Shown here: piece by piece, positions 38,902 to 50,729 of the stretch
How positions within the stretch are numbered: the stretch's first letter is position 1
Layout: every line of letters begins with the position of its first letter
Translations under genes and position numbers: made by a program
Source of the DNA: Octopus bimaculoides
Taxonomy: Eukaryota
DNA length: 64,000 bases
Assembly: GCF_001194135.2 (NCBI RefSeq)
Contig: NC_068982.1
Coordinates: 58,711,976-58,775,975, forward strand
Reading direction: 5' to 3'
The notes under the pieces: model-generated
What the model saw: the letters and a program-made list of their open reading frames with translations, nothing else
Database searches by the model: none
Told to the model about the DNA's origin: nothing

Positions 38902-39184
38902 GTTCAATAAGTCTCTCTGCAGTAAATTTTTTTTATTTTTGTTTTTGCGAAATAAATATTTATAAGATGGTATAAGACTACAAAAGAATATATTAGACTT
39001 TACAAGACTTTAAAAAGCTTTATAAGAAGTATTGAAAGTGTCGTCATTCATTTTCAATATATAAATTGACACTTCTACACATATTTTGAAATACATCTTG
39101 GAGATTCTGACTCTTGGAGATTCTGACTCTTGGAGAGTCAGGATGAGAAAAATTCACTGCGGAGAGACTTTTTGAACACCCTGT
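38902..39184. mobile_element. Tc1/mariner-type MITE
   Basis: The right end reverse-complements to ACAGGGTGTTCAAAAAGTCTCTCCGCAGTGAATTTT. The left end GTTCAATAAGTCTCTCTGCAGTAAATTTT matches it, with its outer bases lost in a 10-N gap. Confidence 0.75.
39096..39136 (+). repeat. 16-bp tandem repeat TCTTGGAGATTCTGAC x2.6
   Basis: Units at 39096-39111, 39112-39127 and 39128-39136. Confidence 0.95.
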
Positions 39185-39187
39185 GTA

Positions 39188-39218
<31 letters not shown>

Positions 39219-39243
39219 GTGTGTATGTATGTATGCATGTATG

Positions 39244-39296
<53 letters not shown>

Positions 39297-40258
39297 CGCG
39301 CGCGATGGGCTCCATACAGTTTTGCGTCTGTCAAGTTCACTTACAAGGCTTTGGTCGGTCTGGGGATATAGTTAGAAGACACTTACCCACGATGCCGCGC
39401 AGCGGGAATGAACCCGAGATCAAGNNNNNNNNNNNNNNNNNNNNNNNNNNNNNNNNNNNNNNNNNNNNNNNNNNNNNNNNNNNNNNNNNNNNNNNNNNNN
39501 NNNNNNNNNNNNNNNNNNNNNNNNNNNNNNNNNNNNNNNNNNNNNNNNNNNNNNNNNNNNNNNNNNNNNNNNNNNNNNNNNNNNNNNNNNNNNNNNNNNN
39601 NNNNNNNNNNNNNNNNNNNNNNNNNNNNNNNNNNNNNNNNNNNNNNNNNNNNNNNNNNNNNNNNNNNNNNNNNNNNNNNNNNNNNNNNNNNNNNNNNNNN
39701 NNNNNNNNNNNNNNNNNNNNNNNNNNNNNNNNNNNNNNNNNNNNNNNNNNNNNNNNNNNNNNNNNNNNNNNNNNNNNNNNNNNNNNNNNNNNNNNNNNNN
39801 NNNNNNNNNNNNNNNNNNNNNNNNNNNNNNNNNNNNNNNNNNNNNNNNNNNNNNNNNNNNNNNNNNNNNNNNNNNNNNNNNNNNNNNNNNNNNNNNNNNN
39901 NNNNNNNNNNNNNNNNNNNNNNNNNNNNNNNNNNNNNNNNNNNNNNNNNNNNNNNNNNNNNNNNNNNNNNNNNNNNNNNNNNNNNNNNNNNNNNNNNNNN
40001 NNNNNNNNNNNNNNNNNNNNNNNNNNNNNNNNNNNNNNNNNNNNNNNNNNNNNNNNNNNNNNNNNNNNNNNNNNNNNNNNNNNNNNNNNNNNNNNNNNNN
40101 NNNNNNNNNNNNNNNNNNNNNNNNNNNNNNNNNNNNNNNNNNNNNNNNNNNNNNNNNNNNNNNNNNNNNNNNNNNNNNNNNNNNNNNNNNNNNNNNNNNN
40201 NNNNNNNNNNNNNNNNNNNNNNNNNNNNNNNNNNNNNNNNNNNNNNNNNNNNNNNNNN

Positions 40259-40535
40259 TTAAAGCTCCACGAGGCTCCGGCAGGGGATGGTGGCGAACCC
40301 TGCTGTACTCTTTCACCACAACTTTCTCTCACTCTTACTTCCTGTTTCTGTTGTGCCTGTAATTCAAAGGGTCAGCCTTGTCACACTGTGTCACGCTGAA
40401 TATCCCCCGAGAATTATATTAAGGGTACACGTGACTGTGGAGTGCTCAGCCACTTGCACATTAATTTCACGAGCAGGCTGTTCCGTTGATCAGATCAACT
40501 GGAACCCTCGACGTCGTAAGCGACGGAGTGCCAAC
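40259..40535 (+). mobile_element. Family D 3' body attached to a non-tRNA upstream segment
   Basis: 40355-40535 matches the D body. 40259-40350 is unrelated to the tRNA head. Confidence 0.75.
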
Positions 40536-41049
40536 AAGGGAAGAGAGAGAGAGAGAGACTTTTCTTCCAACAATGAGTCAAGTTGGTAACTAACTTTAAC
40601 GGCAGTGTAAGTTTTCTGTTTTACGGCCCTAAACGATATCAAGGCTGTTGTGTTTTAATTTGATCTTATTCGAAAAGCATTTTTTTAACCCATCGGTATC
40701 AATATGTCCGTGTTTATTTGTCGTAGTTCATTTAAATATAATTTGATTTGATTTATTAATCTATTAGTACTCTATTCCACCAACTTGCTTCGGAAACTAT
40801 CTCAAACCTTATGTAAGATAATATCTAAAGGATAGTCATACTTGCCTCTAGATATTCTTCAATTTGGGTTTTGACAGCATACAGTGGTCAGCTAATGCTT
40901 TGTGATAATACTTATCGGGAGTTGACTTACAAGGTGAGATGTTATAAATTTGGTGGCAACCCACCAAATTTTCTTTATTGCTTATTCTCTCTACGGTCAG
41001 TGTACTTCGTTTCAAATATCCACTGACTTTCAGTGAAATGGCTTTTATC

Positions 41050-41460
41050 TTTTGTTTTTTACTTGTTTTATTAGACTGCGGTCATGCTGGATCACCACTT
41101 AGAAGAAATTCTTGAATAAATTTTAGTCGAACAAACCGGACCCTATATCTGTGTTTTAAGTCTGGTACTTGTTCTATCGGGTCGCATTTGCCGAACTGCT
41201 AGATTACGGGGTCGTAAACATACCAACACTGGTTGTCAAGCGGTGGTAAGGGACAAACAAATACACACACACACACACACACACACACATGCACGCGCAC
41301 ACACATGAGGAACTTCTTTCAGTTTTCGTCTTCCAAATCCGCTCACAAGGTTTTTGTCAGCCCAAGGCTATAGAAAGCACTTGCCTAAGATGCCACGCAG
41401 TGGGATTGAACCCGGAACCATTTGATTGAGAAGCAAACATCTTAACACCCAACTACGCCT
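41050..41460 (-). mobile_element. SINE family A, full length
   Basis: Both halves present, with (CA)n in the middle. Confidence 0.85.
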
Positions 41461-41638
41461 GATGTTTTTTTTTCTTTTTTTTTTCTTATTTTCTTGCTTC
41501 CAATGTTCCTTTGGGGAAAAAATCTATGTCAAATTTTATTCCATCTCTTTCTTTAAATTCATTAGCTTATTTCCTAATTTAGTGCTTGCAAACTTGACCG
41601 GGATAGTTGTTGAGATATTTTTTTTTAATTCTCTGCAG

Positions 41639-41667
41639 GAGATGACGATCCATTTGCAACAATTTAA
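41639..41667 (+). CDS. Candidate terminal coding exon (x)DDDPFATI-stop; product unknown
   Basis: Strong acceptor TTTTTTTTTAATTCTCTGCAG|G at 41638/41639 and a short acidic peptide before TAA. AATAAA repeats at ~41925-41947. There is no homology evidence. Confidence 0.3.
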
Positions 41668-42475
41668 GTCTTTTGCAATGTCGGAGCAGTTTTAAAGACA
41701 CACCGCTTTCTTTGCGTAATTCGGCTATACACCCATTGATTTTGAAATATTCAATAATACTGAGCAGTTTCCGACTTGAGACTTCCAACCCTACGTTCGT
41801 TTTTTGTAGCGGCCAATTATTCTGAAGGCCAAATGTAGACACTACAAAAAATTTTGTTGATCGTTATACGCTGAGAGTTTTAATGAACATACTTTTATGA
41901 TGACATATAAGAACTCTCTTCCTAAATAAATAAATAAATAAAATAAATTAATAGATAAATGAAACATGTCTCTAAAATTTACTTCGAGTCCTATATGTGA
42001 AGTTAGGCTTATATTACATGCTTTAAAAATAATTTCTTCCTGAATATACGCTGCTGAAAGTAGGGTGCGTCTTTTAAGCCATCAAATCCTGTAAGCTCTC
42101 TCTCTCTCTGTATTTCTTGCCCTCATATAAATTCTTTCATCGTACTTAAGATTTTCATTTTGTCCAAGACACGTGTAGTTACTCATTCGAATGTACAGGC
42201 TGTATGGTCAAACTGTTTGTGATTACTGTTATAGAGCAATGACGAAAAAAATATTTCATCGTCCTACATTCGAATGTAAGAAGTGTTCTTCCCAACCACA
42301 TGGTTCCGTGTCCATTCACACTGCATGGCACCTTGGATAAAGTGTCTTATAGCATAGCACCGGGCCGACCGAAGCCTTGTGAATGAATTTGGTAGACGGA
42401 AACTGAAAGAAGACTGTCGTGTGCGTGTGTATTTACACACGGACACACACGGACACACACATATAAAATATGTAA

Positions 42476-42550
42476 ACTTTTAATTAGTCTGATGGGTTTA
42501 CTCTATACTTTTGTAGAGTATAGAGTAAACCCATCATATTAATTAAAAGT
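42476..42550. other. 75-nt foldback hairpin
   Basis: Perfect 20-bp stem TGATGGGTTTACTCTATACT (42490-42509) / AGTATAGAGTAAACCCATCA (42517-42536), 7-nt loop, and an outer ACTTTTAATTA/TAATTAAAAGT stem. Confidence 0.9.
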
Positions 42551-42794
42551 TGGATTTATAACAGAACATAAAAAACAAGAAATCTCTAGAAGAGGTACTA
42601 GGCTTTAAAAAATACTGGTTAATTCGTTCGGCTAAAATTTTTCAAGGCGCTGTCCCAGCATGGCCACAGTCCAATGACTGAAAAAAGTAAAAAAGGTAGA
42701 AAGTAAAAAATAAAAGACACTTGAAGTCAGAAATTTCATTCCAGTGTCTCGGGGATCTGGAATAATAGGGTCCACTTGCTTTTAAGCATTACGC

Positions 42795-43015
42795 GGCGAG
42801 CTGTCAAAATCGTAAAGCACGCCAGGCAAAACGCTTAGCAGTATTTTGTCCGATTTCACGTTCTGAGTTCAAATTCCGTCGAGGTAGACTTTACCTTTCA
42901 CACTTTCGCCATTGGTAAAATAAGTTCTAGTTGAGCTCCTGGATCGATGTAATCGATCTACCCCTCCCTCCTCCGAAATTATTGGCACTGCGTCAAAATT
43001 TGAAACCAATTGCGT
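42795..43015 (+). mobile_element. SINE family B
   Basis: GGCGAGCTGTCAAAATCG head and CAAAATTTGAAACCAAT tail variant. Confidence 0.8.
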
Positions 43016-43116
43016 TTTGGGATGGTGAACACATTGTCTGGACAGATTCCGGGGGGTCCACAAAGTAAAGAAAAATGAGAGATCGTTTTGGATTAAGGAT
43101 AATCATTTCTAAGATT

Positions 43117-43915
43117 GTGAAGGCGTGCAGCCTAGTGATTAGGGTGTTGCACACATGATCGCAGGGACGTGGTTTCAAATCCTGGATCGGGCGGTGTGTT
43201 GTATTCTTAAGCAAAAACACAGTGCATCAACTATGAACGAATAACCATACGATGGGCAGGCGTCCCATCCGCGATATTTTTTTCCCACGAGAGTTCCAGA
43301 CCCCCAGTAATCAGCTCATTTGCATACAGCCAATCAGAGCTTACCTTGACCTTGCTGTCAAGTTAACAAACACACACTACCAAGTAAACTCAGACAAAGA
43401 ACGGTGTTGTAAGTCGACCGATCGCCAAGTTATGCCTGATTTTAGAAGGAGACAAGTAATTAGATAGATTTGCATCTATTATCGGATTTTGTTAGGGCCC
43501 CATATGGTAAAGATGGGGATGGGAAAAATATGGGTAGAGGATGATGTGCTAGCAACCCTCACCCCTTACTGTTTTACAAAGTAAACAACAACACAAATAA
43601 CTATGTAGAGGCAGCCATGGTTGAAACAAGAACAAGATCAAGAAGCATTATTAAAAGAGAAAAGAAGCATGGTCATTCCTTACCCAAGTGACCTTATCTT
43701 ATCGCCCACCACTTGTTATGCGCTCATAGATTAGTTTGATAGTTGAGTTCTGATTGGCTGTATGCAAATAAGTTCATAACTGGAGTCCGGAACTCTTGCA
43801 GGAAAAAAAATTCGCGTCCCGTCCATGGACATAAGGTTGTGATCTAGGTCGTTTACACGCCATGGAAAACCGGGTACGCCCGCCCTATGAGTTTTATGAC
43901 TTAAGAGAGTAATTT
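43117..43915 (+). mobile_element. SINE family C split by the MULE-like element
   Basis: 5' part at 43117-43270 and 3' part at 43816-43915 (GCCATGGAAAACCGGG...TATGAG). Confidence 0.7.
43271..43815. mobile_element. Mutator/MULE-like non-autonomous element (545 bp) inserted in a family C SINE
   Basis: Imperfect ~75-bp TIRs (43271-43345 and 43742-43815) starting with G. 9-bp TSD GTCCCATCC (43262-43270) / GTCCCGTCC (43816-43824). Confidence 0.7.
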
Positions 43916-43933
43916 CTACGAATACTATGCTTT

Positions 43934-44180
43934 GTGTGAAGGCGGCCTAGTGGTTAGGCTGTTGCACTCACAATCGATAGATTGTGGGTTTTGATTCCCT
44001 GACTGGGCGGCACGTTGGTATCTTGAGCAAAACACTTCATTTTACGTTACTCTAGTCCTCCTATCGATCAGGGCCAGCGAAGTGGCGTTATTTGAAGGAT
44101 AAAACAATGCAAAAAGCGCATTGTGACCAGCAATGTGTGACAATATCCGAGACTCTGGTCGGTCACGTAATCATGTGACT
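43934..44180 (+). mobile_element. SINE family H (C-type head, fourth body)
   Basis: The shared head, then AAAACAATGCAAAAAGCGCATTGTGACCAGC...CTGGTCGGTCACGTAATCATGTGA. Confidence 0.65.
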
Positions 44181-44556
44181 ATGCTTAGTAGCCATGTACG
44201 ATAACGGATTTATCGAGAGACCAAAGAGTAGAACCAACAAGCTATATATCGCCCAACAGGATGCCTCTTTCATAATATACGCTGGCAGGTTTGGCTTCGC
44301 GGTTATCACCTCTCACAAGTAAAACAGTGTGCACCAAATGTTGGCTAGGTGTTCAAGAGCAGCTACCAATGGTTATAGAACTTTAGTTAATTCCAATGTT
44401 TTGATAATCCACCCATGTGGTATAACTATCAAAGGATTTACTGGTAGTTCATCAAAATCAAGACCCAAATTCCCGCAGTTCTTCGGTGTATGAGAGTATG
44501 TACGTATGTATGAATGTATGTATGTATTTATGTATGTACCTGTGCGTGTGCGGATG

Positions 44557-44589
<33 letters not shown>

Positions 44590-44683
44590 ATGTATGTAAG
44601 TATATACATATATATAACACCATCTATATGCAAACATGTTTAGACATACACGTATATTGTATATATATTTGTACCTAGATGTA

Positions 44684-44719
<36 letters not shown>

Positions 44720-44731
44720 AGCATGTCTAGC

Positions 44732-44790
<59 letters not shown>

Positions 44791-44834
44791 NNNNNNNNNN
44801 NNNNNNNNNNNNNNNNNNNNNNNNNNNNNNNNNN

Positions 44835-44887
<53 letters not shown>

Positions 44888-45490
44888 ATGTATGTATGTA
44901 TGTATGTATGTATGTATGTATGTCTGTATGTATGTATGTATGTATAATTAACCTATTTATCAACTTGCCTATCAATCTTCACACAAATACATACAAGAAA
45001 GCACCCATACACACACACACGAAGGAAGTTGCTTATTGTAATCGTTTCGGTAAGGAGCCCTTTAGATGATACTAAACAACTGATAACATTAAACAGGGAA
45101 AATAAAAAAATATCCTGCACATTTGGAACCCACCCTAATACCGAATGATTCAGAAGCTTTTCTTCGTTATTTTCCTGTTTATCGTAATCACGAGTTTCGG
45201 GTTCGAACTCATTGCGTGGTGTTTTGGGCAAGCGGGTTTTTTTTTGCAATGGTTTTAGCTCAACCCGAAACTTGAAACTGTATACAAAGAGACTGTGTGG
45301 ATGACCACAGATGGATTGTAACTATAATGTAAAGGTGGAGCCTGGTCATATATTATGTAATACTCAATATAGTTGAGGATTATGTTGATGGTAAAAAACG
45401 TGTCTGTGGAATTGTCAGCCTGGTTTAACGTTAATTAAACGAGAAGAAAGTTCATTTGCTTGACCAAAGAAATGCGCTTCGATGTACATC

Positions 45491-45544
<54 letters not shown>

Positions 45545-45974
45545 TGNNNNNNNNNNNNNNNNNNNNNNNNNNNNNNNNNNNNNNNNNNNNNNNNNNNNNN
45601 NNNNNNNNNNNNNNNNNNNNNNNNNNNNNNNNNNNNNNNNNNNNNNNNNNNNNNNNNNNNNNNNNNNNNNNNNNNNNNNNNNNNNNNNNNNNNNNNNNNN
45701 NNNNNNNNNNNNNNNNNNNNNNNNNNNNNNNNNNNNNNNNNNNNNNNNNNNNNNNNNNNNNNNNNNNNNNNNNNNNNNNNNNNNNNNNNNNNNNNNNNNN
45801 NNNNNNNNNNNNNNNNNNNNNNNNNNNNNNNNNNNNNNNNNNNNNNNNNNNNNNNNNNNNNNNNNNNNNNNNNNNNNNNNNNNNNNNNNNNNNNNNNNNN
45901 NNNNNNNNNNNNNNNNNNNNNNNNNNNNNNNNNNNNNNNNNNNNNNNNNNNNNNNNNNNNNNNNNNNNNNNNTA

Positions 45975-46012
<38 letters not shown>

Positions 46013-46032
46013 TAGGTACATTCAATCACATG

Positions 46033-46108
<76 letters not shown>

Positions 46109-46354
46109 CATATATACATACATACGTACACATATAAATACACATATACATACATTTATTTTCAGTCCATTATTTAAACTGCTTAGTTCGGTAGAATAGT
46201 CCACGCATGAAGGACGTACTTGGGTTCCCATGTACGTGAAACTATGAATAGTGTGGTTTATTGCATGTGAGGTGATAGTATAAAACAATAATTTTTATAC
46301 ATTATTTATAGTATTTACATTCGACGGATATCTGTCCTCATCTTGTTTGTTGTT

Positions 46355-46400
46355 AACACAACCTTTCGGCTGATATACTCTCCAGCCTTCCTCAGGTGTC
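46355..46400 (-). ncRNA. Minimal type-I hammerhead ribozyme motif (PLE/retrozyme type)
   Basis: Minus strand: GACAC-CTGAGGA-A-GGCTG-GAGAGTATAT-CAGCC-GAAA-G-GTT-GTGTT. Stem I GACAC:GTGTT, CUGANGA core, 5-bp stem II, GAAA, GUU triplet. Stem III carries AGGT instead of ACGT. Confidence 0.7.
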
Positions 46401-46582
46401 TCGGGGAAATTTCGAACCTGGGTTCTCATTCCTAAGGGGTATTTTTCGATGCTATTATTATTATTATTATTATTATTATTATNNNNNNNNNNNNNNNNNN
46501 NNNNNNNNNNNNNNNNNNNNNNNNNNNNNNNNNNNNNNNNNNNNNNNNNNNNNNNNNNNNNNNNNNNNNNNNNNNNNNNNNN

Positions 46583-46625
<43 letters not shown>

Positions 46626-46724
46626 TCCATACATGCATAAGTATATACATACACGCATACATACATACATACATACATACGTACGTATATACATACACTT
46701 GTCTATATATGCATGTGTAGATCT

Positions 46725-47140
46725 TTTATCTTTTACTTGTTTCAGTCTGCAGCCATCCTGGGGCTTTCAGGGGCTGTTGTTGAACGAAAAAAACCCAGTA
46801 CTTATTTTTTTAAAAGCTTGGTAACTATTCGATCGGTCTGTTATGGGTGCGTATTTTGTATACGTCGCAATACCAGTTGTCAAGCGGTGGTGTGGGACAG
46901 ACACAAACAGGCATCGGTGCCCCAGCATGGCTACGGTGCTCGGATTGAAACTTAAAGCAAAAATATATATATATATCCACGACGTGTTATTTTAGTTTCT
47001 GTTTACTAAATCCATTTACAAGGATTTGCACGGCTCGGGCTATAGCGCAAGACACTTGCTTAAGCAGCCACGCAGTGGGACTGAAACCAGAACCATATGG
47101 TTGGGAAGCTAGCTTTCTTGCCGAACAGCCAGGCCTGCAC
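46725..47140 (-). mobile_element. SINE family A, rearranged
   Basis: 3' half at 46725-46900, a short + strand tail at ~46905-46955, and the 5' half at 46990-47140. Confidence 0.75.
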
Positions 47141-47369
47141 CTATACCTACATATACATGCACGCACATACACACATATGTATATACGCACATATGTGTAT
47201 ATGCATATATGTACACACACACATATATATATATAGATATATATATCCATATATACACATATATATAAAAATTACATATACATATACATTTACATATTAC
47301 ACATATACCCATATATACACATATACCCATATATACACATATGTATACATATATGCGCATACATATGAA

Positions 47370-47409
<40 letters not shown>

Positions 47410-47489
47410 TGTATATATATTCTTATATATAATATATACACACATATATTCATAAATATAATATATACATATATATAGGTACTTATATG

Positions 47490-47528
<39 letters not shown>

Positions 47529-47540
47529 ACATATATGTAT

Positions 47541-47577
<37 letters not shown>

Positions 47578-48286
47578 NNNNNNNNNNNNNNNNNNNNNNN
47601 NNNNNNNNNNNNNNNNNNNNNNNNNNNNNNNNNNNNNNNNNNNNNNNNNNNNNNNNNNNNNNNNNNNNNNNNNNNNNNNNNNNNNNNNNNNNNNNNNNNN
47701 NNNNNNNNNNNNNNNNNNNNNNNNNNNNNNNNNNNNNNNNNNNNNNNNNNNNNNNNNNNNNNNNNNNNNNNNNNNNNNNNNNNNNNNNNNNNNNNNNNNN
47801 NNNNNNNNNNNNNNNNNNNNNNNNNNNNNNNNNNNNNNNNNNNNNNNNNNNNNNNNNNNNNNNNNNNNNNNNNNNNNNNNNNNNNNNNNNNNNNNNNNNN
47901 NNNNNNNNNNNNNNNNNNNNNNNNNNNNNNNNNNNNNNNNNNNNNNNNNNNNNNNNNNNNNNNNNNNNNNNNNNNNNNNNNNNNNNNNNNNNNNNNNNNN
48001 NNNNNNNNNNNNNNNNNNNNNNNNNNNNNNNNNNNNNNNNNNNNNNNNNNNNNNNNNNNNNNNNNNNNNNNNNNNNNNNNNNNNNNNNNNNNNNNNNNNN
48101 NNNNNNNNNNNNNNNNNNNNNNNNNNNNNNNNNNNNNNNNNNNNNNNNNNNNNNNNNNNNNNNNNNNNNNNNNNNNNNNNNNNNNNNNNNNNNNNNNNNN
48201 NNNNNNNNNNNNNNNNNNNNNNNNNNNNNNNNNNNNNNNNNNNNNNNNNNNNNNNNNNNNNNNNNNNNNNNNNNNNNNNNNNNNNN

Positions 48287-48348
<62 letters not shown>

Positions 48349-48861
48349 TAGATAGAGAGAGAGAGAAAAGTGAGGGAGAGGGAGAGATTGAGAGAGGGAG
48401 AGATTGAGAGACAGACAGACAGGGACCTATATTCCCATCCTAGTTTCCTCATCTTAGTTACTATGTCCACATTCTTCGGGTGCCCTCAGTATTAAGTTTT
48501 CGGATTTTCAAACGAATCCCTTTATTTAGCCCAACGAATCAAACAGCCCTAATTCCGTTCTATATAACTATTATACTCTTCTACTCTTTCTCAATAGTGT
48601 TGCACTCGATCGTTTCACTTGAACCAGTTTACATGTGTATGTATGAATGTGTGCGTGTGTGTGTGTGTGTGTGTGCGTATATGGTTGGGTAGGTGCGCGT
48701 AGGCGCAGGCATGGCCTTGTAGTTAAGTTACTCACTTTGCAACCACACGGTTTTTGGTTCATTCCTACTGCACCGCTCCCTGGGCTAGTATCTTACAGTA
48801 TAGCCCTGTCCGACAAATGGATTGTGAATTCGGTAGATGGAAAACTGTATGGAATAGCTTC

Positions 48862-48893
<32 letters not shown>

Positions 48894-49057
48894 GCGTGTA
48901 TGTGTATGTAAGTGCATGTACGTATATGTACGTATATATACATACACACACTCACACACACACAGTCATACACACACGTGTGTATTTGTAAAAAGGAACA
49001 CTATATATAGACACACACACACACACACACATATATATACTCATATATGTATGTGTG

Positions 49058-49118
<61 letters not shown>

Positions 49119-49916
49119 NNNNNNNNNNNNNNNNNNNNNNNNNNNNNNNNNNNNNNNNNNNNNNNNNNNNNNNNNNNNNNNNNNNNNNNNNNNNNNNNNN
49201 NNNNNNNNNNNNNNNNNNNNNNNNNNNNNNNNNNNNNNNNNNNNNNNNNNNNNNNNNNNNNNNNNNNNNNNNNNNNNNNNNNNNNNNNNNNNNNNNNNNN
49301 NNNNNNNNNNNNNNNNNNNNNNNNNNNNNNNNNNNNNNNNNNNNNNNNNNNNNNNNNNNNNNNNNNNNNNNNNNNNNNNNNNNNNNNNNNNNNNNNNNNN
49401 NNNNNNNNNNNNNNNNNNNNNNNNNNNNNNNNNNNNNNNNNNTATAACTACTGCGCTTGTACTTGACCAATGCTTAAAAGCATTTTGAAATCACCATCTT
49501 GTAGGACTATTAGATAATAGATCGTATGAGGTCTTAAAACTCTTTTTGCGTTGTTCATTAAGCCTATGACCATAGGCTTAATGATCAATCTCAATTAATA
49601 GCTGCAGTATGATGTTAAGGTATCGTTAGGTCTTATGTGGAAGTTATGAAAGTCCTCTGTCTTATCTTCCAGTGTTCTCTGTTATATTTTTAAGGAAGGC
49701 TGCCGGGTGGCTTAATTACAGAGACGAGTACGATAGCCCATTTATATTAATGTAAAATAATGATAATTTCTCGTCTGAAGGATTTGTGTGTGCGTGTGCG
49801 TGTTCGTTTGCTTGTACGTGCGCGTGTGTATGTGTGTGACTGTATGCGTACGTATAGGTATATGTATATGTGCATGTGAGTCTATGTATGTATCTATATC
49901 TGTCTACTTGTATATG

Positions 49917-49962
<46 letters not shown>

Positions 49963-50097
49963 GCATATATATACATACACGAATATAGATGTGTGTGATT
50001 TATGTACATGTATGTGAACGTGTATGCGTATATGAATTACATATATATATGTGTGTGTGTGCGTGTCTTCGTCTTTTGTTTTTCTGTAGTTTTCGGC

Positions 50098-50134
<37 letters not shown>

Positions 50135-50159
50135 AGATAGATAGATAGATAGATTATAG

Positions 50160-50555
50160 GGATAGTTGTGGCTGTGTGGTAAGAAACTGGCTTCCCAATC
50201 ACATGGTTCCGAGTTCAGTCCTACTGCGCGGCACCTTTCACATTTGTATTCTGCTATAATCCAAAACCTTATGAATGGAATTATTGTCTGTGTTTGTCCC
50301 CCACAACCGCTTGGCAACCCTCGTCTTGTTAAGTTTACGCCCTCGTAAACTAGCGGTTCAGCATAAGGCGACTGATAGAATAAGTACCAGTTTTCAAAAA
50401 AAAATTTTTTTAATAAATAAATAAATAAATAAATACAATAAATAAATAAAATAAACACAAAGAAAGAAGAAAACTACGTTCAATTTCATTCGAAAAGTTC
50501 TTCGGAGCGGCGTCCCAGCATGGCCGCGTTGTAATGATTGAAATAATTAAAAGAT
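50160..50555 (+). mobile_element. SINE family A with an internal deletion
   Basis: Head, 3' half and tail are recognisable. Confidence 0.8.
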
Positions 50556-50670
50556 ACATGCACATATATATAATTACACATGTGTGCGCATGTGTATTTA
50601 TGCATAGATATTTGTATACATGTGTGCTTAATGAAATGTATATGTATTTATACATATATGCGCATGTGTG

Positions 50671-50729
<59 letters not shown>

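Noticed and set aside
44373-44490. Minus-strand frame GLDFDELPVNPLIVIPHGWIIKTLELT
   Set aside because: Only a vague resemblance to LINE sequence, and it begins in a microsatellite.
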